Notes under the pieces: model-generated | Told to the model about the DNA's origin: nothing | The model's input: only the letters and a program-made list of their open reading frames with translations | Databases searched by the model: none | In this document: positions 51,181-59,822 of the stretch, piece after piece | Layout of the letters: the number at the start of each line of letters is the position of its first letter | Position numbering within the stretch: position 1 is the first letter of the stretch | DNA from: a virus | Length of the DNA: 64,000 nt | Virus record (IMG/VR): IMGVR_UViG_3300032770_000003 | Location: 1-64,000 of that record | Reading direction: 5' to 3' (one strand) | Made by a program: the position numbers and the translations under genes

Positions 51181-52614
51181 TCAGACCCGCGTGACGGCTT
51201 TGGGTCGCCGTACCACTGGCCTGGGCTTAGGTTGAGCCGGAGTTAGTGGCGATGGTGGAGGTGCACCGGCGCTACCACTAGCTGTAGTGTTGGGCGGTGG
51301 CTCTCTTAGCAGATCTTGCAGAATCATCTTGTCGTAGGAGCTGCAAATATCGACTGTGAACTTGTCAGGGCCATTGCGATTCTTGACCCCAAAGAGACGC
51401 AAAACTCCTTTCTCGATCTCGTCCTTCGTCGCACAGAGCGCGATGATGACGTCCCCAATGAACGCTTTCTGGATCGAGTCAGCGATGTGCTCGACGTCGA
51501 TGACATCAGCCACGAGCCCCACCCGGTTCGACTGCGTCGCACTCCAGATCGGCAATTGCATCTCGCCTGCGAGCCCGCGTAGGTCCTTGAAGATCGCTCC
51601 CAGGTCGGCGTACACGTCCTGATAGTTGGTCAGCGGCTTGAGCAGGTCACCGTAGTCGACGATGATCAGGTCGGGACGCCAGCCGGTCGCATCCAGCTGC
51701 CGCAGATGCTGCTTGATCGTCATGATCGACGCAGTACCGGTGGGGTAGTGCTTAATCCGAAGCTGGTGCCCCCAGCGCTCCTGCATGAAGGCGGCCTTGC
51801 GCCTCACCTGTGCGGTGTGGTTGCCCAGCTCGTTGATCGGGACCCCGGTGAGAGCTGCATCGTAGCGTTCAGCGATGTCCCCTTCGTCCAGCTCCAACGT
51901 ATAGTGCGCTACGTTATAACCGTGGGTGACGGCAATCTTCCCGCAGTGAGAGAGCGCGATCGACTTGCCACGGCCCGTGCCGCCAAGCCAGAGACCGAGC
52001 TGGCCGTCTTTGAGCCCTCCCCCGATCTTGAGGTCCAGCTCGGTGATTCCTACCGGGATGGCACGCTTGTTCGTTCCCCCATTCTCGCGTCCCCTGATCC
52101 GCTCCTGCAGCGTCTGGAAGTAGTTCGTTCCTATGTCAAGGTGATTCATCCCGATCGCGGGGATCTGCGAAATTCGATTGACGATGTCGTCCCAGACCTC
52201 GTCATCGGCCGTCTCCATCAGCGGCGCAGTCTCCAGCCACACCTTCCGCCCCGCCTGGCGACGGCAAAAGCGGATGACCTCTTCGATCGTGTAGGGTGTG
52301 TTGGAGACCGGTTGCTGGAGCTTCTTGAGGACAAACTCGTAGTCCGCGAGATCGGTGTCTCGGACTGTCTTGGAGCGTACCGCCTTCCGCAGCTCGTTCG
52401 AGAGCACCGGATCGATCGTCGGGTGCGACTGGAATTGCTCGTAGAAGTTCTTGATCGTGCTGAAGAACCAAATCAAGATCTTGTCTTCGAAGTACTCCGG
52501 CTGGAACAGCTCGACGCCGGTCAGAAGAAAATCATGCCTGGCCAGCATGAGCGCCAGGATTCCGATCTGAAAGTCACGGTCGAAAGGAAACGAGACAACC
52601 GGCGCCGTGCTCAT
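51181..52614 (-). CDS. dnaB: DnaB-like replicative helicase
   Basis: GGTGRGKS, TLE, IIVDYGDL, ATQ.NR, KNRNGP. Confidence 0.92.
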   Translation of the reverse strand: MSTAPVVSFPFDRDFQIGILALMLARHDFLLTGVELFQPEYFEDKILIWFFSTIKNFYEQFQSHPTIDPVLSNELRKAVRSKTVRDTDLADYEFVLKKLQQPVSNTPYTIEEVIRFCRRQAGRKVWLETAPLMETADDEVWDDIVNRISQIPAIGMNHLDIGTNYFQTLQERIRGRENGGTNKRAIPVGITELDLKIGGGLKDGQLGLWLGGTGRGKSIALSHCGKIAVTHGYNVAHYTLELDEGDIAERYDAALTGVPINELGNHTAQVRRKAAFMQERWGHQLRIKHYPTGTASIMTIKQHLRQLDATGWRPDLIIVDYGDLLKPLTNYQDVYADLGAIFKDLRGLAGEMQLPIWSATQSNRVGLVADVIDVEHIADSIQKAFIGDVIIALCATKDEIEKGVLRLFGVKNRNGPDKFTVDICSSYDKMILQDLLREPPPNTTASGSAGAPPPSPLTPAQPKPRPVVRRPKAVTRV

Positions 52615-52808
52615 CTCGCCTTGGCAGCAACCAGCTTGTGGCCCTCTTCGACCGCTCGCCGGAGACCAGGGCTAAGCATTTTCAGGAACTCGATCGTCTC
52701 GATCGCTGCCATCAGCGAGTAGCGTTGCTCAGCCGTCAAATCCATCGTCTGGTGCATGTGGCGCAGGTGCCCCTGCACCTCGGACACCGACGGGCGAAAC
52801 TTTCCCAT
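52611..52808 (-). CDS. hypothetical protein
   Basis: ATGA-coupled to dnaB. Confidence 0.5.
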   Translation of the reverse strand: MGKFRPSVSEVQGHLRHMHQTMDLTAEQRYSLMAAIETIEFLKMLSPGLRRAVEEGHKLVAAKAR

Positions 52809-52879
52809 TGATGCTGTCACTCCGAGAGGAAGAGCAGCCAACACTGCTCTCCCAAAATCATGAGGTCAAGAAGTGACGA

Positions 52880-53386
52880 TCAGCCGCAACCCTGATCTGT
52901 TGCGGTGACTTCATTCCATGTAAGGTAATTTACAATCTTGGAGATCGCCGTTTGCCCTACTCCAAACTCTGCAGCAAGCACAGACTGTAGAGCACCTTCC
53001 GTGAATCGACGACGGATCTCCTCAACAGCCTTTCTAGTCAGCTTGCTTTGTGGGTGTGCGTCCCCTCGATTGTAGTGACTGGCGTGGCGGTGCTTTCGCC
53101 ACATGTCGTACATGTTCAGACTGTAGTCTCCAAGAAAGAGATGCTCAGGACGAACACACGGAGGAGTATCGCAAGTATGTAACACCAACATCCCATCCGG
53201 AATCGCCCCAAAAAAGTACTCCCAAGAAACACGATGCGCTTGAAGATGCCGGGTCCTCCCAGCTTGCGTTATCGTGTAGTGGCCATAGCCTTTGCGAAGC
53301 TTCGCAGCAGACCACAACCAGCAGCCATCCGTAAACTTAACCTTGTCCCAAAACCGGGCAGATCCCACAGGTAATGAGCGCAACAT
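52880..53386 (-). CDS. HNH homing endonuclease (HNH_3 plus HTH)
   Basis: RFWDKV...CWLW...GYG...AHR...VLHTCD.PPCV.PEHL. Confidence 0.92.
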   Translation of the reverse strand: MLRSLPVGSARFWDKVKFTDGCWLWSAAKLRKGYGHYTITQAGRTRHLQAHRVSWEYFFGAIPDGMLVLHTCDTPPCVRPEHLFLGDYSLNMYDMWRKHRHASHYNRGDAHPQSKLTRKAVEEIRRRFTEGALQSVLAAEFGVGQTAISKIVNYLTWNEVTATDQGCG

Positions 53387-56300
53387 CAACCACACCCTTG
53401 TGACCAACCACAGGTTCGGCAGGTAAGACAAGCACCGGCTCTCTGCGCAGGATTCCCACATTGACCACACACAAATCCGCTGGTCGGCTTGACCACCGCT
53501 TGCTCCTGTGTGTTGGCGATGATCTTCACCGCCGCTGCCAGCTCATCCACCTGCTCTTGGTTCAGCTGTGCTTCGCTGAACTCCGAACCCAGCCAGCGGA
53601 AGAGGTAGTCAAGCGGTGATTTGGCGAATCGTACGGCAGCGTACTCAGTCATGCCTGCTGGCTCGAAAGACGTGTACGAGAACTTGTCCACCAGCACCTC
53701 AAGCGGTACCCCGTACTGCAGGCACAGCGATGTCAGCACCCCGACGGCGTCCATCAGGCCCGAGACTGTCGAGCCCTCCTTGGACATCTTGATGAAGATC
53801 TCGCCTGGCTTGCCGTCGCTATAGAGCCCAACGTGGATGTACCCTTCGTGACCGCCGATACTGAACTTGTGCCGGTGAGACATCACATCGGCCGGCAGCT
53901 TCTTCCGCGTCTGCAGCGGTACCGGAGAGGTCTCGGAAGGCGCTGAAGCTGTCTTGCTCTGCAACGGCTGCGTGCGCTTGGAACCGTCACGGTACAGCGC
54001 CACCGCTTTGAGACCCTTGCGCCACGCCAGCTGGTACAGATCGCTGATCTGCTGCTCCGTCGCATCGTTCGGGATGTTGCACGTCTTCGAGATCGCACCC
54101 GACACGAACGGTTGCACGGCGCTCATCATGAGAATGTGCGCCTGAGGTCGCAAGAAGCGACCTCCGACTGGATCAGGAAAGCTGCTATCGAACACCGGCT
54201 GGTGCCGCACGTCCAGCCCCGGCGCACCTACGGTCGATCCGTGTTCGAGCACGTACTGCGAGATGCCCCCGACCGTTGTCTCATCGTACCCCAGACACCC
54301 AAGCGCACGGATGACCTGCTGGTTCGTCATCGTGAGAGTGCCACCCCCCACCAGTTTCTTGACTTTGATCAGCGACAGCTCCGGCTCGATGCCCGTGGTA
54401 TCGCAATCCATGAGAAAGGAAATCGTTCCCGCTGGCGCAAGAACACTGATCTGACCGTTCCGGTAGCCGTGCCTCGATCCCAGCGCCAAACAGCGAGCCC
54501 ACGCATCTGTGGCTGCATCCGCCAGGGACGCGATCGTGTCGTTGGGCCCGGTGATCGTGTCCTCGGCAAATGAGACCTTTGCTACAGCGTTCTGATGCAT
54601 GCGCATGACGCGCAGCATGTCAGATTCGTTGTAGGCATCGAAGGCGCCCTTGACTTCTGCGATCTCGGCGGAGCGTGCGTACCCACGTCCCGAGAGGATG
54701 GCGGTCACGTACGCGGCTTGGGCGCGAGCTTCGTTCGAGTCGTAGGCCAAGCCCTGGGCCATCAAGAAGGCGCCCAGGTTGCTGTAGCCGATGCCTAGCG
54801 TGCGGTGCCTGCTGCTGTTCGCCTGCATGAGCGGCGTGGGGTAACTGGCGCCGTCGACCAAGATCTCCTGCGCCGTGATCATCACGTCGATCACGTGCTC
54901 GAAGCTCTTGACGTCGACACTCCCATTGTCACGCAGGAACTTGAGCAGATTGATCGACGCCAGATTGCACGCCGTATCGTTCAGGTACATGTACTCGCTG
55001 TTCGAAACAATAGGAGCGTGTTCAAAACCAGGACAAGCAATCCCAAAATTATGAGTGGCCACAACCTCGATGTCATAGACAGACACCGGCATATCCAGTG
55101 ACAAAAACTCAACAGATGCGACCTTATCGTTTACATCAGCACGATGCGCTTCGATGAAGTCGGAGAACTCTGTCCAGCTCATCCCATGAATACGCCCCCC
55201 ATCACGTGAATGCGCGATTGGAATCGAACCAAGCAATCCATGATCCCTAACATGACTGTTCCAGCGCCACACAGTAACTGGTCCAGTGGACTCCAACGCC
55301 TCCCACGCCTCTACCAACACACAAGGTTCTACGCTAATGAAGCGTGGATTTCGGGCACCAGTTGAATGCTCTGATTGGTGGCTTCCGATGGTTGTTAATT
55401 CATAGTTCGAGAGACGATCATCTGTTGCGTCATTGTTTCGATGATGAACCTGCATCCCTTTTGGAATAGACCCATTCACTTGTTCCCACAGCCAACGGTT
55501 GAACCACTCAGTTCCGTTTGCTGAAGTCTCAGTTACGCGATGATTGATTGTCCTGCGATTGTTTCGCTGAACATTACGAGTAAAACTCAGCTTCATGAGC
55601 CGCATACCTGGCTTCAATCGCTGCGCTTCAACAGATGAACCATTGCGCAAATACCAATGATGCTCAGGTGTACACGTAAACTGTAAACCCCGCTCAGTCG
55701 TAACCTTAACTAGTGATGTAGTTTCACCAGCTTTCCAAGCTTTTTTGATTTGTTTCGCCACGGGTAGGCGTGTCTCGAAATCATAGGAGAGCGCCAAAGG
55801 CAACTTCTCCATGTCTGCAAGTTGACCAATCGGTATACGCCCTTCACTAGTCTCCACCAACGTCTCCCCTACAAAACAGCAAGGATTCGACGCCTCGATC
55901 CTGCCGTCAGTGGGGCAGGTGTGCCAGCGGTTGATGGTTGTGTCGAACTGCAGTCCTGGGTCACCGCAAACGTGAGCGGCTTTGCAGATCTCTTCCCAAA
56001 GCATGCGTGCTTTGACGGTTTCGAGCACCGCCGTCTTCCCATCACGAGCCATGAGGTTCCAGTCGGCGTCGCTTTCCACCCGTCGCATGAACTCGTCAGT
56101 AACGCGCACACTGTGATTCGCGTTTTGGAACGGCACTAGCTGATAAGCACCCCACCGCGCTCGGAAGTCGCCCTCGAAGCCAGCGTCGATGAGCGCATGA
56201 GCCGCTTTCTCACTCTGCGCCTTGCTGCGGATGAACTCCAGAATATCGCCGTGGTCGATATTCAGAATCGCCATCTTGGCCGCTCTTCGTGTCGTGCCAC

Positions 56301-57015
56301 CGCTCTTGATCGCGCCCGCGTTGAAATCGTCCTTGGCAATGAAGGGCACTGGACCCGATGCCATCCCACCACCAGAGAGACCTTCACGCGAGCTACGCAG
56401 CTTGGAGTAGTTGACCCCGGAGCCACTGCCACCTTTGTAGAGACGTCCTTCGATCTCCGCCAATTCCAAGATCGAGGTCATTGTGTCTTCGAGCCCAACT
56501 ATGAAGCACGCTGAACATTGCTCAGCACGAAGTGCACCACCCGATGTGCCTACGTTGAACCAGACCGGTGAGTTGAAGGCGGCTATCTGGTGCAGAAGGA
56601 TGTAGCTCAGCTCGTCTCGAAAAACTTCATGAGCCGCTTTCGCACCATTCGACTTGACGTCGGGGAAGTATCCCAGCTCCACCCCCCAGCGTGCGATCGT
56701 CCCAGCGACACGACTGATCATTTGCCGGACGCTGGTCTCACGAACCTTCGTGTCGAGAGACGGCACGTACCGGAAGTACTTCTCCGCGGTGACCATGGCG
56801 CAGTTCTGAGACCAGGTCGCGGGGAACTCCAGATTGTGGCCACGGAAGACCACCTCACCATTCGGCTTCGTGATCTCCACCGTTCGGTGTTCCCACTTCA
56901 CTGTGCTGTAGACATCAGCCTCCGGCGAAACGAACTGCGACAACACAGTCAGCATCAGCTGCTTTTGATCGACCGGAACACCAGCACTCGAAGTACCAAA
57001 GCCACGCAGCTCCAT
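53386..57015 (-). CDS. nrdJ: class II (B12-dependent) ribonucleotide reductase with intein
   Basis: FNSPVWFN, QCSACFI, RRAAKM, NPC|SEY, CNLAS, APAGTIS, GAISKT, YRDGS, C-terminal TSCPD-like domain and Zn finger. Confidence 0.95.
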   Translation of the reverse strand: MELRGFGTSSAGVPVDQKQLMLTVLSQFVSPEADVYSTVKWEHRTVEITKPNGEVVFRGHNLEFPATWSQNCAMVTAEKYFRYVPSLDTKVRETSVRQMISRVAGTIARWGVELGYFPDVKSNGAKAAHEVFRDELSYILLHQIAAFNSPVWFNVGTSGGALRAEQCSACFIVGLEDTMTSILELAEIEGRLYKGGSGSGVNYSKLRSSREGLSGGGMASGPVPFIAKDDFNAGAIKSGGTTRRAAKMAILNIDHGDILEFIRSKAQSEKAAHALIDAGFEGDFRARWGAYQLVPFQNANHSVRVTDEFMRRVESDADWNLMARDGKTAVLETVKARMLWEEICKAAHVCGDPGLQFDTTINRWHTCPTDGRIEASNPCCFVGETLVETSEGRIPIGQLADMEKLPLALSYDFETRLPVAKQIKKAWKAGETTSLVKVTTERGLQFTCTPEHHWYLRNGSSVEAQRLKPGMRLMKLSFTRNVQRNNRRTINHRVTETSANGTEWFNRWLWEQVNGSIPKGMQVHHRNNDATDDRLSNYELTTIGSHQSEHSTGARNPRFISVEPCVLVEAWEALESTGPVTVWRWNSHVRDHGLLGSIPIAHSRDGGRIHGMSWTEFSDFIEAHRADVNDKVASVEFLSLDMPVSVYDIEVVATHNFGIACPGFEHAPIVSNSEYMYLNDTACNLASINLLKFLRDNGSVDVKSFEHVIDVMITAQEILVDGASYPTPLMQANSSRHRTLGIGYSNLGAFLMAQGLAYDSNEARAQAAYVTAILSGRGYARSAEIAEVKGAFDAYNESDMLRVMRMHQNAVAKVSFAEDTITGPNDTIASLADAATDAWARCLALGSRHGYRNGQISVLAPAGTISFLMDCDTTGIEPELSLIKVKKLVGGGTLTMTNQQVIRALGCLGYDETTVGGISQYVLEHGSTVGAPGLDVRHQPVFDSSFPDPVGGRFLRPQAHILMMSAVQPFVSGAISKTCNIPNDATEQQISDLYQLAWRKGLKAVALYRDGSKRTQPLQSKTASAPSETSPVPLQTRKKLPADVMSHRHKFSIGGHEGYIHVGLYSDGKPGEIFIKMSKEGSTVSGLMDAVGVLTSLCLQYGVPLEVLVDKFSYTSFEPAGMTEYAAVRFAKSPLDYLFRWLGSEFSEAQLNQEQVDELAAAVKIIANTQEQAVVKPTSGFVCGQCGNPAQRAGACLTCRTCGWSQGCG
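55000..55878 (-). mobile_element. intein in nrdJ (293 aa) with HNH endonuclease
   Basis: CFVGETLV...TPEH...QVHHRNN...DDRLSN...VYDIEV..THNF...VSN|S. Confidence 0.9.
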
Positions 57016-57028
57016 CAGAGTTCCCCTT

Positions 57029-58327
57029 TCAAAGCTCGTTCGCGTTCTTGAGGCGTTGATAAGTCTTGTTCTGGCGCAGCCACTTCGTATCGAAGTAGGC
57101 TTGTGCCTGATCACCCTTGGCGAAGATTCGGAGAATCTCCTCCTCCGACTTCTGGTGAACAGTCATCAGACGCTTGAGTGTGCGCTCGCTGAACGCGTAG
57201 CGAACAGCAAGAGACACCTCCGGCGCAGCACGGGTCTGCCCCACGATCGGTGCCTCAGGATCAACCGCCCCCGCTGCGATCTCAGCTTGGTAAGCGCGCA
57301 CGCGCTCGATCGCATTGAACCGACTTGGTGTCACGCCGATCAGCTCCCAGATGCGGGGCTCACGCAGAAACCAGCGATCGAACCAGAAAAACTGGGCGCG
57401 CACGAAGGTCTCACACGAGACCCCTAGCTCATCAGCCAGCTCTGCCGCTCTGAGAAAGCACGTGTACTGCTGATTCCCGGGTGAAAGGAGCACCGTCGAA
57501 TTCGGCACCTTCCAGCTGTTCCGGTACCAGCGCAGGTGTACGTTGTACGTCTGGGACATCGCATAGACCCGTGCACGGTCCGCGCTGTCAGCAAGCCGAA
57601 CGTTGCGCTGTACGGGCGCACGGGACGCACGTATCAGGTCTTCGATGGAAGCGCGCTGAAAGCTGGCACCATTTTCGCTACGCGCGCGTGCACGCGCGCG
57701 CGAGAGATCACGGTCAAGAAGACGTTGGGTCTCAGGGTCCGGGATGTTGGGGACCCTAGTCGCCAATCTCGCCGAGTGACCTTCGGCTCCGTTCGCTCTG
57801 CTGCCCTGCGGGCAGCTCCGCTCCGGATCCGAAGATGCGGTACCACGCATCATTTTAATTCCCGACGAAGGAGCGGCTAAAGTAGCATTTTCACTAGGAG
57901 CATTTTCACTTGACAGATCCTCGGTGACCCCCCCTATGGCTAACGTAGCACTATTATTGGGGTTATCACTGACCGTATGTGTTAAGGTAGCATTATCATT
58001 CGGGTTTTGTTCATTCACAGTTTTAGGATTCATAGCGTCATAGTACTGGTTGTTGACGCACTTTGTGCCGCTAGCAGTCAACTGAACCAGGGGACGTCCT
58101 TCGGGATCCTTCTCGCGCTCACGGAAGTACCCCAGGTAGAGTCCCCACTCCATCACCTGCACCACCTGTCGTGGGTGGCACTTGATGAGCCGGGCGATGT
58201 CGCTACAACCGAAGACCACCGCCGGGCCCCAACGTCTCAGGCCGAGAGTTTTGAAGAGTGACTCCAGGCGTACTTTCACAGGCGCAGGACATAGCTCAAG
58301 CACAAGGTGCCTCCTAGCTAAGCACAT
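57029..58327 (-). CDS. putative replication initiator
   Basis: N-terminal wHTH-like segment, AT-rich repeat-containing linker, RARARAR; heads the replication block. Confidence 0.45.
   Translation of the reverse strand: MCLARRHLVLELCPAPVKVRLESLFKTLGLRRWGPAVVFGCSDIARLIKCHPRQVVQVMEWGLYLGYFREREKDPEGRPLVQLTASGTKCVNNQYYDAMNPKTVNEQNPNDNATLTHTVSDNPNNSATLAIGGVTEDLSSENAPSENATLAAPSSGIKMMRGTASSDPERSCPQGSRANGAEGHSARLATRVPNIPDPETQRLLDRDLSRARARARSENGASFQRASIEDLIRASRAPVQRNVRLADSADRARVYAMSQTYNVHLRWYRNSWKVPNSTVLLSPGNQQYTCFLRAAELADELGVSCETFVRAQFFWFDRWFLREPRIWELIGVTPSRFNAIERVRAYQAEIAAGAVDPEAPIVGQTRAAPEVSLAVRYAFSERTLKRLMTVHQKSEEEILRIFAKGDQAQAYFDTKWLRQNKTYQRLKNANEL
57877..58030. repeat. AT-rich imperfect direct repeats (iteron-like)
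   Basis: taaagtagcattttcact, agcattttcact, taacgtagcactattatt, taaggtagcattatcatt. Confidence 0.55.
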
Positions 58328-58437
58328 GAAACTACAGGGTTATCCACCGCTGAGTAGCTTCCCGAGAGATCCACCATACAGACCCCTCGTGACAAGAGTC
58401 AACGCTGTGAAACATCTCCGTGACTCTTCAGGGTTTT

Positions 58438-58908
58438 TTAGGCTGAGAGGGACCGCAGTTTCAGAATCGCCTGGTAGGCGTCGCTCACTTCGCGGAAGCG
58501 CTCCGCGGAGCCGCCAGCGTCGGGATGATGGATCTGGGCCAAGGCTTTGTAGGCTGCCCGAACCACCTCGATGGGCGCGTCTTCGAGCACGTGGAGCTTG
58601 AGATACGGGCTCTCTGCGAGCACCGAGGTACCGTTCTCCCCCGACAGCTGCGCTCCCGCTGCGCGGAGCTGCCACGTCGTCGGCAGACTGGCGTAATCGA
58701 TGCTGTAGCCGTACGAGCGCGCGAGGTGGACCAGCCAGCCCAGCCAGGTGTAGTGAACCAGCCAGATTTGTGTGGTGTTGTCGTACTGGCGGTAGCCGAG
58801 CTTCACGCCGTAGCGGACGGCGGCCATGAGACGCCCGCCAAGCCCCCAGATCTCCACCCAGCATGGTTCACGCTGCTTCAACGTGAGCCGCAGCGATTCT
58901 TCGCTCAA
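58438..58908 (-). CDS. J-domain protein
   Basis: SPY..L.V...A....V.AAYK.LA..HHPD.GG..ERF..V..AY. Confidence 0.88.
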   Translation of the reverse strand: MSEESLRLTLKQREPCWVEIWGLGGRLMAAVRYGVKLGYRQYDNTTQIWLVHYTWLGWLVHLARSYGYSIDYASLPTTWQLRAAGAQLSGENGTSVLAESPYLKLHVLEDAPIEVVRAAYKALAQIHHPDAGGSAERFREVSDAYQAILKLRSLSA

Positions 58909-59366
58909 AAACGCACCCTGATGAGCCTGGCGAAGCCTGGCGCCGCTCCACCAGGAACGCCCACACCAGGCAGCCCGAACGCCTGAGCCCCGGGCCGGCG
59001 GATGGCATCTGGACCGCCGCTGATCGGGACGGGGCGGGGTTCTTTCGCGGGCGTGATGTACTTCTGGACTACACCTATGTCTTTGTAGTACACCGTCGCT
59101 GCGTAGAGCGTTCGGTTCGCCCGCGTGGGGTGCCCGACCTGCAAGCTGAGCGTTCCTGTCGAGGGATCGTTCGCGGTCACGAACGCGTGGAAGGTGACCC
59201 GACCGAACGGCGGCGTCGCACGGGCCACGGAGGTTCGCTGAAGCCGTGGCTGTTGGCCCTTGGGTGAAGGTACCGGCATGAGATGATGCCCAGCCTTCAT
59301 CGCCAGCCGGAGGACATCTCCTGGCTGGATCTTCGAGATGTGAACCGGAGCGTCGAGATCGCTCAC
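58905..59366 (-). CDS. hypothetical protein
   Basis: 153-aa ORF in the operon. Confidence 0.6.
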   Translation of the reverse strand: MSDLDAPVHISKIQPGDVLRLAMKAGHHLMPVPSPKGQQPRLQRTSVARATPPFGRVTFHAFVTANDPSTGTLSLQVGHPTRANRTLYAATVYYKDIGVVQKYITPAKEPRPVPISGGPDAIRRPGAQAFGLPGVGVPGGAAPGFARLIRVRF

Positions 59367-59369
59367 CGG

Positions 59370-59819
59370 CTATGCGTTCGTGCCAGCGGGGATGATTGGG
59401 ATCGTCTGTCCGTTGCTGGGTCCACCGCTGGCGACGCCGCTGATGCCCGCCAATGCCGTAAGGAGAGCACCGAACCGCGTTCCCTCAGATCCGGATACAA
59501 GATACGCCGTCGACACTGTCGTATACGCTGTCGGCGTCGATGCCGGAGTCAGCCGGCACTGCACAATGGTATCCAACAGAGTGGCAGGACTTGGATTGAC
59601 TGCGAGAGCATCACAACCGCCACCGTTGGTGACAGACATGGCGAAAACACGACCAGCTGTTCCCGGACCTCCAAACAGCACACCGCCGCCGCCCTGAAGC
59701 TGTAGCTCGAAGCTCATGATTTGGTTGTCCTCATCGATCAACGTGACTCGAACAACCTTGAACTTGGTCATGTTCGCTTCAGTGATCGGCGTTGTCAGCG
59801 TCCAAGAGTTGCCAGCCAT
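59370..59819 (-). CDS. putative virion/tail-associated protein
   Basis: Thr/Gly-rich; follows the tail fibre gene. Confidence 0.55.
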   Translation of the reverse strand: MAGNSWTLTTPITEANMTKFKVVRVTLIDEDNQIMSFELQLQGGGGVLFGGPGTAGRVFAMSVTNGGGCDALAVNPSPATLLDTIVQCRLTPASTPTAYTTVSTAYLVSGSEGTRFGALLTALAGISGVASGGPSNGQTIPIIPAGTNA

Positions 59820-59822
59820 TGT

